DNA from: Lama guanicoe
Lineage: Eukaryota
DNA: 64,000 bases
Reading direction: 5' to 3'
Assembly (NCBI GenBank): GCA_013239625.1
Contig: MU054212.1
Coordinates: 8,331,084-8,395,083 of the forward strand
The translations under genes were made by a program, and so were the position numbers. Each line of letters opens with the position of its first letter. The stretch's first letter is position 1. A model generated the notes under the pieces. That model saw nothing but the letters and a program-made list of their open reading frames with translations, made no database searches and had not been told where the DNA came from. Below are positions 41,451 through 55,569 of the stretch, piece after piece.

Positions 41451-43949
41451 ATCTTCACCTGTGCAACTCAAGTGAGATTGCCAAGGAGAGCCTGGATAGT
41501 CTCCAAGACGCTTCTTCAAGCCCTTTCCTCTGAGTTTGTCAAATATGATTTGCCACACATTCGGGGCATGTTCTGTAACTCAGTCCTTACAGCTTCCCTC
41601 ATCTGCTTTTCCCTGGCATCCCCGACCCCACCCCAGCCCTGCAACACCTCAATCAACAGCTCTTTGTACTAAATTCTTCTCTGAAAGAGCGCGTGGTTTC
41701 GGTTCTGGGTGCAGTGGCTTTACTATCTGGGGAGTCAGCCCCAGGCAAGTGGCATCCCCGGCCAAACCAGAGGAGTCATCACCGCCTATGCTCACATTCA
41801 GGTTTCTAGATGTGAATATGGGCCAAAGGACGCCATATTGGTTGCCATGACACCCCCCAGGTGTATATAAATGTTTTTATTTCTCTTTTAGAGCAAAATC
41901 TAATACAGCCTGCAATGGGGCCTGAGGGGAGGCTGAAAACCTTCACTGATGTGTTAAACTGGTCAGGTTGCCCATTCCCTTTAAGACATTTCTATTTCCT
42001 GGTGTTCCCGCCTTCCTGCTTTAGAACAACAGCAGGCACAAGTGAACCCTCCATACATCGCACCTGCAGGACGCGCGGGATTGAGAACGGGCTAGCGTCA
42101 GCATCAGCCCAGTTTGTTCCAAGTGACGATCAAGACTGCTTCCAAAGGTTTCCCAAAACTGGTCTTATGACCCCCGCTGACTTCCTACCTCTGGCCCAGA
42201 AAAGAGGTTTAAGAGGCTGATGAAAGGCTGCAGATGAGGGGATGTTGGAGAGAGCCGTGGGCATGCTGGTTCTAGCCTGTGTTTAGGGGGAGGAGGCGGG
42301 GATGCACAGGAGGGGCCGGTGCTCCCACAGCCTCCAGAGGCTGAGGGAATGCACGGTGTTTCTCAAGCACCAGGCTTGAGCCACTCAAGTGAGAAAGCTG
42401 GAATGGGGTCGATTTATATCCCAACCAAGAAAGCTGCCTGAAGGACAGAATCCCACAGCGGAGTAAGTTCTGAGGCTCCATTAGACTGAGGAAGGGTCTT
42501 GAGCGACAGGGTGGAAAGAGATCCCCAGAGACTAGGAGGTCTTAGAAAAACCCACAGAAGTACCTCAGGGAGGAAAGTGCTTCATGGAGAGGGCTGATGC
42601 CAGAGCATCATGGAATTCCAAGTTGTATGAGGACTTCTGCTCCACCTGCGCTGCTATCCTGGGTGAGGTCAGAAACCACAACGAAGGGTGGAGCGAAAGT
42701 CATAAAACAAATTGGAGAGAAAAGAGGAATGTATCAGGACCTTTCCCCCTGCAGGTGTCATGGCAGAGGATGGGAAACCCAGCCCAAATATGAAGTTTGA
42801 AGTTTATTATTATTATGCTGGACACCATACTTTAATTGCTGAGCTTGCAGTGACTGGAGGATCTTTTGTTACTCATAAGTACCAGAAAAGGCTGAAGAGC
42901 TGCCAGAGTGCGTCTCTAAGAGGCAGGGAAGAAGTAGCCCTACCGCGGGGAAAGGGTTCTCTGAGCCCATCTCCATGAAGCCCATTTGCTTCATATAAAA
43001 GCCAGGCTGACAACCCATGCCAGAGTTAGGTGTTCAGTGGAGTGATCGCAAGGGGTGACAGCAGCTGTGAACTTTATTCTAGGGCAGGATTCTGTGCCCA
43101 GGAGGGTTCCTGCCCCACTCCTAGGAGCAGAGGGCTTTTCACTACCCCTGGAAGCAGGGGATCTCTGCAGAGCTTGAAATAGGATGGAGACTGAAGAAGA
43201 GAGGATGAAGGAGACTATTCAGAGGGAGTGGATGCGACCTGACCAAGGAGTGCAGAGAGCCTGGCTGGCAGGCTGGTGCTCATTTGAGATTTGTGACATC
43301 CCTGTCCTTTTGATACCTGCTCCTTGGGTCCGATGGCTGGATGGTTCTGGTTAACCAGCACTGGGGTTTTACCCCAGTGTAGACAAAGAGTCCAAGAAGA
43401 GAATCAGAAGGCAAGTGGTGGTGTGCTGGACCACAGATAGTCTAAGCCGGATGAGAAAGAAAGTGTGACACTGGCCCCGCAGACAGGGTCCTGTGGGTCC
43501 AGGTGTTGGAGCCAGGATCTGCAGAGAGCGAGAGCCACGGGAGATGGAGGTCCCAGAACAGCAGGCTTCCCAGCAAGTTCCTGAAAGTGGGGCATTCATT
43601 TGTGAAAATAAGATCTGGAGTTAGGCTGTGGGTGCTAAGGTGTAGGGAGAGGATGATTGTTGAGATGATGGAGGACTGAGAAGCCAGGGTGCAGTGGCTC
43701 ATTCATGGTATAGAACTGACAGGGCAGGAGGGAGAGGACCAGGTTGGTTAGGCAGGTGCTACAGTCGCTGTAGAATGAGGTGAGTGTAAGTCAGCCACAA
43801 GAAGATTCACGGGTGGTAAAGTCTTGGGGCATAAGGTCAATGTCAGGGGAAGAGAAATGGATTAGAAATGTATTTGGATGTTTGGAATGACTGGAATTCT
43901 GCAGTGTGATATTCCAGTTATTAAGCTCTGGTCCTTTCCACACATAGTC

Positions 43950-43996
43950 ACATAGACACATAGGCACACAGACACACAGACACACACACACACACA
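43950..43996 (+). repeat. Imperfect (CA)n microsatellite
   Basis: acatagacacataggcacacagacacacagacacacacacacacaca. Confidence 0.85.
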
Positions 43997-45863
43997 GCAT
44001 GAGCTGACCAAGTGACCAGGGCCTGGATCATTACTTGGACCCAGTCCAGGCAGACTGATCCTTACCCCCACCCCTCATTGTCATCACTAATGCCCCTCAA
44101 GGACTCTTGGGATGGGTCGGCTGCAGAATGAGCGAGGCATGATGGCCTGACGTGCTTCCCCTCAGCCCTCTCCTTCACTGGGAATAGAGAATTATTTGCC
44201 AAGTGCAGGGGCTGGCAAAGTGCCACATCACGCTTCTCCAGTGGCTCATTGTGGCTGACAGGGGTGGCTGAGGTTGGGGTGAGTGGCCAAAGGCCTCCCA
44301 GCACCACCCCTGCAGGAATCCCGGCCCTCCCACAGGAGTTTTGAGTTTACAGACAAGCTCCAGTTGACAGATACTCACTGGGGGCTTTGCTGGATGCCCG
44401 GAGGGACAAACCCTGTCTTTAAGAAGCCTACAGACCAGCTGAAGAAATGTTTGTACGAGACCCTTGAGTCATAGCAGAAGGAAGCGTGAACAACTAGGCA
44501 TTGCTGTGCAAGGGGCTAGCAGGGGTGGTGGCAGATTTCCTGGGGAAGGCAGCTGCAAGCTCAGCTGGGAAGGAGAGGTGTCTTAGCAGGGAAGGAGCTT
44601 TCCAGGCTGGACTGAAAATTGGATATAATCATGGTTATATGGTGTTACATGGTTCTGGTGTTTGAATCAGCAGCCACAGAAGGGTAGTGTCCTCTGTCAC
44701 TTCTCTGTACCACGTACACATGTGTAAAACAGAATGGAACAAACACATCTGAATGGTCCTTTCTCCCCAGGAAGGGGAGTTCAACATGTAAACCATACTT
44801 CTCTTAGTACTTTGAGACAGCAAAGCTGCATTCAGCATTCCAGGTTGATACACTGCTCTGTGCTTGCTTGAAATATCAAATGTTATAATAATTTGTCTGT
44901 GGAAACATCTTGCCTCGCATGTTTTACATCTCCCCCCTTCTGGATCCACAAGTGATGCTGACTTGTCAGTGTTTAGGCGCCGCACCTGGTTGCGGTAGGC
45001 ATGTCCTTAGCATCTCCACTCTCCTCCAGCTGACTTAATTCTCCTCCCCCAGCAGATTGTTGGGGAGGAAACCTTACAAAATCTTTATTCTTCATCCCTA
45101 ACTCTCCATCGGGGTGGGGTCATCAAAGTCACAGGAACCCATGGATTCTCGTAGAAAAAGAGAAGGTTTGGGGACAAAGCCCCCAGGACCATCATCAAAA
45201 TGGGGGGGGGCAAAAGGAGGGGCAGAAAGAGTGGAGGGGTAGCAGACAGCAGAGGAAGAGAAGGATGTGGATGTGTGGTATCAGGTGCTGCCCGTGCAAG
45301 CAGGAGGAGACCTGAAGGGCGGTTGCAGGAGCTGGAGGAGAGACACTCAGGAAGGCGGGGGTTGGGGTGTGGAGTAGACGGCTGATTGCAGTTGGGCCGG
45401 GTATGAGGAAATGGAAGGAGCAAGTGCAGACAGTTCTTTCAAGAACTCTGGCTGAGAAAGGGCAGGGAGAGATGAGGCAATAACAGCAGGGAAGGTGTTT
45501 TTATGATGGGTGAGGTCTGAGCATGACGAAAAGCCTGCTTTTTGTTTAAATATTCCTTGATTGTAGCATTAAAGCCAATGTGATGTTTAGCCTGTAAGTA
45601 GGGACAATCAGGGAGTTCTGCCTCTGACAAAGACTGTGATGGCAGCTGATCACAAGTATATAATAGTGCCAGTGATTCTGAGACAAAGTTCCACCCCAGG
45701 ACAGTCTGGGCTGGGATTGGACAACTCTGGATTATTTAGAAGCACTGCAACCTACTGGGGGAAAAAAAATCAAGAATGAGGAAAGAGGAGAAAATAACTC
45801 AGAAAAATCTTCATGTAAATGGAAATTATTTACAAAAATCTACCAACACCTGAAAGTTAACTC

Positions 45864-45902
45864 TGTGTGTGTGTGTGTGAGTGTGTGTGTGTGTGTGTGT
45901 GT
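45864..45902 (+). repeat. (TG)n microsatellite at the SINE tail
   Basis: About 19 TG units with one interruption. Confidence 0.95.
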
Positions 45903-46002
45903 TTTGCAGGGGGAGAGTTAATTAGGTTTTTTTTTTTCAATGGAAGTATTAGGGATTGAACCCAGGACCTCGTGTATGCTAAGCATGGAGCTATACCCTC
46001 CC
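45903..46002 (-). mobile_element. Second vic-1-type SINE with a small internal deletion
   Basis: GGGAGGGTATAGCTC..ATGCTTAGCATACACGAGGTCCTGGGTTCAATCCCTAATACTTCCATTGAAAA; clearly homologous to the copy at 27 kb. Confidence 0.8.
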
Positions 46003-46469
46003 TGCTTTATGTTGGGTTTTAAAACAAGTATCAATCCCCTCCGCAACCAGAGCTCTGAGAGGCTTGCCCAGACTCCAAAAGGTCTATGGACATCCTAGGG
46101 GTTGGTAGGAGTGCTGATCCCAATTTTAGGGGAGAGGCTAGCTAAAGTCAGAGTGTATCTGATGACTAGGAACACCTTCAGCAGTTCATAAACACATGCT
46201 GTTTGTGCCAGCTCCCAGGGAAAAAAGGGTGTGGAGACTGGCATTTGCTGGTTACAAGCAAGGGAGGTTAACTGAGGTGAAATGGGCTTCTTTTGTACAA
46301 TACAAGCTACCAGAGGAGTCTAGCATGGTGAATATCAGGACTGGTTCAAATATGATTAAATGACATCATGCCTCAAAAGAACAAAAATTAAAATTGAATT
46401 AGTTAATTAACATTAAAATTGAATAGAATGAATTTAACTGCTAAACTAAAGCCCATAAATTATGTTTTT

Positions 46470-47905
46470 AAAAGGCAGCAGAATTGTGCTCCTAGTCAAG
46501 GGGGAGTAACAGAGACTCTGCCTTCCTGCCTGAAACAACAACAACAAAGAGAGAGAGAAAATTAAAAAAACAAAATGGGTGCAGTATATGAAACAGTGGT
46601 TTTCAAGCCCCTGGATATCAGGCAACAAAAGACAGTGACCTCTGAGATAAGGGAAACAAAGGATTGCCCCAGCTTACTGCTTTTAGAATTTTCAGGTGAC
46701 AGTACAGCAAAAGGGACTCAAGCACAGCGAGACCCAACTGCATGCTGCCTACAAGAAAGCCATTTAATAAAAGGACATACTCAGAAACAGAAGGCAAATT
46801 GGTAGTTGCCCAGGGCTAGGGGAAATGGGAAGCGACTGCTTAACTGGTATGGGGTTTTCTGTTAGGGTGATGAAAACATTTGGAAACTAAATAGAGGAAG
46901 TGATTGCACACTGTTGTGATTGTGCTAAATGCCACTGAATCACACACCTTAGAGTGGTTATTCTGATGTCATATGAATTTCACCTGAAAAAAAAAATACT
47001 AACCAGGCATACAAGGAAACAAGGCAATATATATAAGAACCAGCAGAAACCACAGACCCACAGGTGATCTAGAGAATGAAGTTATAAAACTTAGCCTTAA
47101 AAATAATTACACTTGTGTTCATGGAGAGGTGAAAGATGAAACTGAGTATTTTGACAGAGATACAAACTGCAAAAAAGAGAGAGAACGTTTTGTTGTCCAC
47201 TCTCCCATACTCATCTCTATGTGCAAGGTTTCTGACCTTGGACCTTTCTGGTTCCCAGGAAACAATCACAAGTTAAACCGTTAGAGGTACCCTTGTATAT
47301 GCACCTTTACAAAGTAGGGTTCCATTTTGTGAAATACATTGTATTCCATAAAAGAGCCAAAGATCTTAGAAAATAGATGAAAACAGATATAAATGTTACA
47401 AAACAATAAGCATATTAATTAAAGAAGTATGTGGAAAAGACATTGTAAATGTTCATTTGTGGGTGTTTTTCTACATGTTTTTACATTTGAGGCATTGTAG
47501 AGTTTAACTGGTAACCTCTATTCAACTCACTGACATTTATTGAACATCTTCAAAAGAAAACTCAAAGAGATCAAATCAGTAACTCAGTGGATGGGTTTAA
47601 CAATGGAATAGAGAGCTGGAGAGAGAAGTAATGAATTTTTGATGGCTTAGAAGACAATATCCAGAATTGAGAAGTGAAGGTGAGAGATGGGAAAGTTACA
47701 GTAGGGAGTCTTGTAAGAAGAGGAGAGGATGAGTGGGGCAGAAGCAGTATTTGAAGAGTTAATAGTTAAGAATTTTAAAAAATTGATTAAAGATATGAAG
47801 TCATACACTAATAGCTGACTTCTAAACAGAAACAGTAAAATGTGGAAGACAGTGAAATGATATCTTCAAATTGCTGAAAGAAAATAGCTATCTGCCAGAG
47901 GATAG
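46470..47905 (+). mobile_element. Scattered old L1 fragments (5' region, L1MB-like 3' end at about 46780-46997, ORF1 pieces)
   Basis: gttgcccagggctagggg...gggtgatgaaaacatt...aaatgccactgaat; gcagaagcagtatttgaagag. Confidence 0.6.
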
Positions 47906-49162
47906 TGTAGGAAACAAATGGTCTAGCAGTTCGTAAATGGGACATTAACTTAGGACAAGAGAAAGATGACAGGATTACAGGAGATGGGTAAGGACAGAGC
48001 AGCCACTCTCGAGGCATTAGCAAGGGATATTTCCCAGGCAGGTGGTCAGGAAATCTCAAGGTCCATTGGTGGAACAGTGAGTCAGTCTGTTAGGGTGAAG
48101 TTGAGCACCAATTACTAAGGGTGGGATAGAAACTGAGACTGGAAACGGCCAGTGGGAGCAAGATGGTGAATGATCTCATCCTACACGTGATGGGAAATAC
48201 TGAAGGTGTTTTGTGGCATCCTTGCCTGCTTTCCTGATAGGATACTACTGCTAAAAGTCTTTCTCACATTTTCCTGGTACAGGCATAAATCATGCTGTCT
48301 CTTGCTACTTTACTATGAGTGAAATGAAATTTAGATAAGTGCCAGCTTCAGCCTGCACTGGTACTTTCACTCCCTTGAGAGGAAATATTATTAAATTACC
48401 ATTTTAAGATAATCCAATTGCAATGAATCTTATTTCCTCTTTGATTTGTTCCTCTGGAGCCAGAGCGAGACAATAAAGCAGGGAGGGAAGAGAAAATAAA
48501 GAAGTTCCCTTTCAAAGTTGTTTCCACGTGGCCGACCTTTTGGACTATTTTCTCATTTTCTAAGCACCACACTTCTTTAGTCCTAACCTTGCCCTTTCTT
48601 TCTCCACAAGGGCAGAGATACTCCTTATAAACCTGTGCTGTCTTAATCAGTCCATGTGAACTCTAAGAGTTCTATTTCTTCCATATCTTTGCCAACAGTT
48701 GGTATGGTCAGTCTTCGCAATTTTAGCCATTCTAGTAGGTGTATAGATGGTTTTAATTTGCATTTCCCTAATTAATTTCCCAAAGGTATTGGACATCTTT
48801 TCATCTGCCTTATTGCCATCCTACACTCTATTCAGAGAACTGTGTATTCAAATCTTTTGCCTATTAAAACTCTTTTTCATTGTACTTTGAGAGTTTTTAT
48901 ATATTTCAGATAGCAGTCCTTTGTCAGATAGGTAGTTTGCAAATATTTTCTCCCAGACTCTCACTTGTCTTTTCAATCTCATAAGAGTCTTTGAAACAGC
49001 AGGAGTTTTATTGAATAAATCTAATTTATCAAATTGTTATTTTATTGATCATGTTCTTATATAAAGAAATTGTATATAAGAAATCTTCACCTAATTTGTT
49101 TATAAAGAATTTTTCTAGAGCTTCTAGAAGGTCTGTTGTTTTAGGCTTTACATTTAGGTCTA

Positions 49163-49730
49163 TGTTTAGTTTTTTATTGCTGCATAACAGGTTACCACAA
49201 ATGTAGTGGCTTAAAACAACAGAAATTTGTTGTCTTACAGTTTCTGTTGGTTAGAAGTCTAGCACAGCATGGCTGGATTCTCTGAGCTAAAGTCAAAATA
49301 TTAGTCAAGGCTCCAGTTCCCATCTCGGGCTTGCAAAGTGTAGTTTTGGGCACATTTCAATTACAGTTGTAGGACTGAGAGACCTGTTCTTTGCCTGTTG
49401 TTGGCAAGGAGCCTTTTTCTCATCAGTTCAAGGCTGTCCACATTTCTTCTCACATGGCCCCTCCATCTTCAAACCTGCAGTGGCACGTTGATTCCTTCAC
49501 ATACTTTGAATCTCTCCAACTTCCGCTTCTGCCTTTCTCTTATGCTTTTAAAAGTCTATGTGATTACATTGGGCCCACCTGGATAATCCATGGTAATCTC
49601 CCCAGTTTTAAGGTCAACTGATTAGTAACCTTAATTATATCTTTAAAGGTCCTTTTGCTATGTAAGATATTCACAGTCCTGGGGATTAGGGTATGGAATC
49701 GTCTTGAGGTACATAATTCTGCCTCCTACA
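49163..49730 (-). mobile_element. MLT1 solo LTR (ERVL-MaLR) nested in the L1
   Basis: TG...ttgctgcataaca...agtggcttaaaacaac...gattacattgggcccacctggataatcc...CA; L1 sequence continues on both sides. Confidence 0.85.
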
Positions 49731-49865
49731 ATCAATGATCCATTTCAAGTTAATGTTTGTATATAGTGTGAGATATGGATAGAAGTGCATTTGTTTTCAT
49801 GTGCCTAGCCAATTGCTGCTGGACCATTTGTAGAAAAGACTATCCTTTCTCTACTGGATTATATT

Positions 49866-50195
49866 TGTTGGGAGGATGGAGGAATAAGCAGAGCACAGAG
49901 GATTTTTAGGACTATGGAAATATTTTGTATGGTGCCATAACAATGGATACATGTCATTATACATTTGTCCAAACCAGTAGAATGTACAACACCAAGAGTG
50001 AACCGTAAATAAAACTATGGACTTTGAGTGATTGATATGTCAATAGTCGTTCATTAATTGTAACCATTATACCACTTTGGTGGGGGGTGATGATAATGAG
50101 GAAGGCATTTACGGGTGTGGGAGGTATATGGGAAATCTCTGTATTTTTCATTCAATTTTACTGTAAAAGTCTTAGTTAAAAAATACAAAAAAAAT
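49866..50195 (+). mobile_element. L1MC1-like 3' end, opposite orientation, nested in the L1
   Basis: gcagagcacagaggatttttagg...gatacatgtcattatacatttgtccaaacc...acaacaccaagagtgaacc. Confidence 0.8.
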
Positions 50196-51471
50196 TTCCT
50201 TGAAAATCTATTGTCTATGTATGTGTGTGTCTGTACTTATATTTTGTCTGTCTGTTAGGTCCTTGATCCAATTGTTTGCTGCTATGCCAACACAACAGTG
50301 TTCTGATTACTGTCCTTTATAATCTTGAAATCTGGGAGCGTTAGCTCTCAGTTTTTCTCTTCTTTTTCAAACTCATTTGAATATTTCAGATCTTTGCATT
50401 CCCATGTGAATTTTAGAAACAACTTGTCAATTTTCATAAAAATAACACTAGAATTTTGGCTGAGATTCTGTTGACTCCATGGATCAGTTTGGAGTGAATT
50501 GACACCTTAACTATGTTTCGTCTTCTGTCTGCTGAACAAGATATATATCTCCATTTATTTAGATCTTTCAGCATTATTTTGTATTTTTCATTGTACAGAT
50601 CTTTCACATCTTTTGTCTGGTTTTATCCTGAAGTATTTTATATTTTTGAAATGACATTGTTTTAATTTCAATTTGATTGTTCATTACTAGTATAAAGAAA
50701 TATAATTTATTTTTGTTTTCTTTTGTTTCTTTTTCTTGCTTCCTGCATTGGCCATAAGCTCCTATACAAAATCCAGTGTCCTTACCTTGTTCCTGATCTT
50801 AAGAGGAAAGCATTCAGTCTTTTACCATTAAGTATAATGTTAGCTGTAAGTCTTTCGTAGATGTCCTTTATCAGGTTAAAGAATTTCTCTTCTATTCCTA
50901 GTTTTCTGAGAGGATTATTTTTTTTTAGTGGACGGTGGATTTTGTCTAATGCTTTTTCTGTATCTATTGACATGATCATATATGGTTTTGCTTTTTTAGT
51001 TTGTTAATAATGGTAAATTACATTAATTTGCAAATGTTAAGTCAACCCTGCATTCCTGGGATAAGCTCCTCTTGCTTGTTTTCTATTTCACTTTATACAT
51101 AGTTGGATTTGATTTGCTAAAATTTTGTTGAAGATATTGGTCTGTAGGTTTCCTTCTTATGTCCGTGAATCATATGATATCAAGTAATGCTGGCCTCTTA
51201 GGAATGAATTGAGAAATATTCCACATTAATTTCTTTTTGGAAGTGTTTGTGTAGAATTGGTATTATTTCTTCCACAGTGTTTGTTAGAATTTACAAGTGA
51301 AGCCATCTAGGCCTGGAATTTTTTGTGTGGGAAGGTTTTAAACTTCAAATTTAATTTATTTAATAAATATAGAGCTATTTCTTAAGCTTTGGTAGTTTTT
51401 GTCTTTCAATTAATTTGCCCATTTCATCAGTTTTCAAATTTATAAGCAGAATGTTTTCCTAATATTCCTTT

Positions 51472-51644
51472 TTAAAAAAAAATTTTAACATTTTTTATTG
51501 AGTTATAATCATTTTACAATATTGTGTCAAATTCCAGTGAAGAGCACAATTTTTCAGTTATACATGAGCATATATATATTCATTGTCACATTTTTTTTCT
51601 CTGTGAGTTACCACAAGATCTTGTATATATTTCCCTGTGCTATG
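51472..51644 (-). mobile_element. Short, younger L1 3' end with TSD
   Basis: TSD TCCTAATATTCCTTT (51457-51471) / TCCTAATATCCCTTT (51645-51659). Confidence 0.8.
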
Positions 51645-52244
51645 TCCTAATATCCCTTTATCATCCTTTTACTATCTGTAAAATTTATACTAAGTCACCT
51701 TACTTTTTCCTAGTATTGATAATTTGTGTCTTCTCTCCACTTTCCCTGATCAGCCTGACTAGAGGTTTATCAATTAACATTATCAGAGAATCAGCTTGCA
51801 GATTCATTGATTTTCTTTATTGTTTCACTTTTTTTTATTTTATTGATTTCTACTTTGACCTTCATTATTTCCTTTCCTCTGCTTACTTTGAGTTTAATTT
51901 GCCCAAATTTTTGCAATTGCTTAAGTTGGAAGCTGTCATAATTCATTTGAGATGTTTCTCCTTTTCTAATATTTAGCACTAATATCTGGTAATTAGTGCA
52001 TCTAATTACTCCTATTGCAGCATCCTACACATTATGATATGTTTTGCTTCCATTTTCGTTCTCTTCAAAAATAATTTCCAGCTTTCTGTTTCATTTCTTT
52101 TTGATTTGTGGATCATTTAGGAGTGTGTTACTTAGTTTCCACCTAACCACCTAATAAAATTACTAAGAATTTGAGATGGACCATTAGGCGGGAGGCTGCA
52201 AGGTGGAATTACAGGGGAAAGGCTAGGAGTGAAGGATTCAACCC

Positions 52245-52772
52245 TGTGTTAGTCTCCTGTGGCTGCTGTAACAACCATAACTTTAGTGACTGAAAACAAC
52301 ACAAGTTTATTACCTTACCTTGCAGTTTTGGAGGTCAGAAGTCCAAAAATCAGTATCTGAGCTACAGTAAAGGTGTTGTAGGTCTTCATTCCTTTCTGGA
52401 GCTCTGGGGGAGAATCTGTTCCCTTGACTTTTCTAGTTTCTAGAGGTGCCCACACTCCTTGGCTCACAGCCCCTTTCCTCCATCTTCAAAGCCAGAAGTG
52501 TTGCATGGCTCTGACCATTTTTAATTTTGCGGTTACAGCTCCCTCTCTGACTCTCTCCTCTGTTTCTCAGTTCTACTTTTAAGGACCCTGGAGACTACAT
52601 TGGGCCCACCAGGATAATCCAAGATAATCTCCCTACTTTGAGGTCAGTTTAGACTATCAATTTAGTTTCATCTGCAACTCGAATTCTGCTTTCCCATGTA
52701 ACCTAAGATAATCACCGGTCCCAGGGGCTGGGGTGTGGACATCTTTAGGGGGCCATTTTTTGGCCTGCCACA
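52245..52772 (-). mobile_element. MLT1 solo LTR
   Basis: TGTGTTAGTCTCCTGTGGCTGCTGTAACAA...gttttggaggtcagaagtcc...ggacatctttagggggccatt...CCACA. Confidence 0.88.
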
Positions 52773-53426
52773 AGCTCCTCCTTAGTTAGTATATGGTTGG
52801 GGACAGCAGCCAGGGGAAGCAGATAATAACGGTATCTGGAAAACCATGAGGGAAGGAATTCAAGTTCTGTATGAGAGGCGTCGGGAAAAAGCTTCCAGTA
52901 TCCCTATTACGAGGAAAAGAGATCTGAAAGATCCAAGGGAAACTGAGAAAACCCTTTCATGGTTTGCCAGCTTTGGCTGCGTGTATTTGAAAAAGGGTGA
53001 TTGTGAGGTACTTCCTTTTTCTCTCTAAACAGGGATTTAGTTGTGATGGGAAAAGTCACTGTGGAAATTTTTAAAATTATAGGAATGTAAACCAGTGATA
53101 ATGATTGGCCTTTGGCCCATCGATGAGGTGGCTGGCACTTGCTGCCAGGGTGCCTTTGTCAGGAAGACCCAGGGGCTGGAGAGAGAACAGCATCAGGATG
53201 AGCGTGGGGAGCCCAGTGCCTGCTCTGTGAGTCAGCTTACAAAGAGGCCGCGTGGACTCAGATGCAGTGAAGCATACCCGTCTGAACAAGAACGCAGACC
53301 CAAGGGAAAATATTGTGGAGTGAGGTGATTTATGACTTCATTTTATCTCCTCTTCTGAAACATTAGGAAATGTCAGGCTTAGTTTTTTCAGATTTATTCA
53401 GGTTTGCATGGAAGAGGGAGAAACTG

Positions 53427-53458
53427 AAAACCAAAACCAAAACCAAAACCAAAACCAA
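53427..53458 (+). repeat. (AAAACC)5 microsatellite
   Basis: Read directly from the sequence. Confidence 0.9.
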
Positions 53459-55569
53459 GAACAAAAACACTTGTTTGATTCACATCTGTCTCTTGGGCAT
53501 CGTTTCTGGGCAAGAACTGCATTCTTGTAAACCAGGGTTTACCTGCAGCCTTCCTTGCTTTAGGATAGCTGATTGCCGGAAACTGGAGACACATGAACAC
53601 TCACACAGTGGGCTCCACTTGCTGCTTGCTGCTTATTGTTCATTTGTAGAACCTCTTGACTGTGAGGTTAATTTGAAAACCATTTCCAAATACTATCACT
53701 CTGGGGTTTCTCACTCACATTTTCCATATTCTAAAATTGTGTTATTAATGTGGTGCAACTCTCATGTTTAGTTTTATTAAACTAGCAGTGCTTTGTTCTT
53801 TGTTCTTGATGTGTATGTGTGTGTGTGCGCATACACCGCACACTTTTACTTGTGTATTGCTTAAAGGAACCAACCAGCCAAAGAAGCAACCAAATATTGT
53901 TCTACTTTCACACTAAAGTGACTTTTTAAGGCTTATTGAATTATATTATTGTGAATTTGAATAAGACATTTAAGTGCAGGGCAAATTAGAGTGAATAGAA
54001 CATTGGAGCACACTCAACTGTTTTATCTGAATTTTAGTGTGAAACAAAGCTGTGGCTGCAACCACAGTTTTGTGGGTTGTGCTCCTTAAATTGATTAATT
54101 GATTTGCTCAGCTTCAAGAGAAAGGCTCGTCCTGCCCTCGTCACATGTGGGCCATGTGCAGTGAGCCACCAGCCCTGTTGGGGCAAATGTCAGAAGACAG
54201 GCACAGGGACCCTAGACACCCTCTCAGAGGCTGCATGGGCACCTCAGCGCTGCCCTCAGCGCTTACCAGGACTGACCTTGTCAGGGCTCCCTTTCAGCTC
54301 TGCCAAGAACAAACATTTGTGAGATAGAGACTGATGGGAAGAAAGTGGGTAGGAAGCAGCTGCAGTGAGCCTTCGGACCAGGTGTTTCACGGTGTTGGTT
54401 GTACTGTTTGACTTTATAAGTCCTCCAGTTTCAAGCACTTCTCAAGACTTGTGACTACCCCTGAATCTGGGGCTCTAGAGAGGTTGCAGAGCCCTCCGGG
54501 CAGCCGGGAGGAGCAAAAGGAAGCTGTGTGCGCCCACTTCTGCTGTTGTTCTTCACAAAAGGCTTCCTGTTTTTCGTAAGGGGAAGGGTTAACAAAATCT
54601 GAAAGATCTCTCTCTTTACTTAAAAAGGAAAAATAGAACAAGGAAGGGAGAGAGGGAGGAAGAGAGAGAGAAGGGATCAGTCCATCTTTCGTTTGGGGAA
54701 AACTGAAGTTCTGTAACAATAAACATCAGTTGTGGCAGGCGGCCTCAGCCCTGCAGAAGGCGATCCAGGCCACATTAAAATCCAGGGAATTTGAAATGGC
54801 AGCCTTTGTGGTGGCTCACAGATTTCCACTGGTGATTTCTTTAAAGCCAAAGAATTATAATTAAAATAGAAATGGATCCAATTATATCTGCCTCCTGTCT
54901 GAAAGGATGTAGCTGGTAATGAGAATCACATGTCTAAACTTCAGCTTCTTCTATTTCCAAGCAAGTTGTCTCATGAGAGAAATTCCTTCTTTTCAGCAAA
55001 GCTCAGTAAAAGCTCAGTAAACCGCATTTCTCCCTCCTCTTTGGCTACTGTGGTTTTGCACTGATTTTTTATAAGTCCAAGCAATGGAGCTCCAGTCATA
55101 GTAAATGCTCTTGTTTCTCTCTCCTTTCTTCTCCTATAAGACTTGTCAGGGAGATATGACACAGCTTTTTGTTTCAAAGACAGAGATCAGGAGACTTAGG
55201 AGTGCTCAGTCTTAACCAGCCAAGATGCACCCTCTCAGGAATGACCGGCTAGGCAGCTCAGGCCACTGCCGCCTGGGACAGTGTGAGACAGTGGCTAGGT
55301 TATGCAAGGGAGGTGAGAAGCTTACTAGGTGGCTGGGGAGGCCGGTCTTGGGGAGAATTTGACCTACTGGGTGAGTGAGGCTTAGATAGCATAGTGGTCA
55401 TCGGTTTGCCTTGAAAATGGCAGAGCCTGTGCTGGGGCAGGATGCACAGTTGCCAGGAATCACTAGATTACATAACAGTGTTCTTATTGTTGCCACAACT
55501 ACTCATGCAAGATTAGTCTGTGCCGCTCAGGTCCATTCAAGCACAGCAGGGCATCCCAACGCTGACTGC

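Larger units (their letters stand above)
48660..52140 (-). mobile_element. Long old L1 ORF2 remnant carrying three nested insertions
   Basis: ORF 50782..50979 (MIMSIDTEKALDKIH...LTANIILNGKRLNAFLLRSGTR) is L1 RT; ORF 51791..51979 is the post-endonuclease region. Confidence 0.88.
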
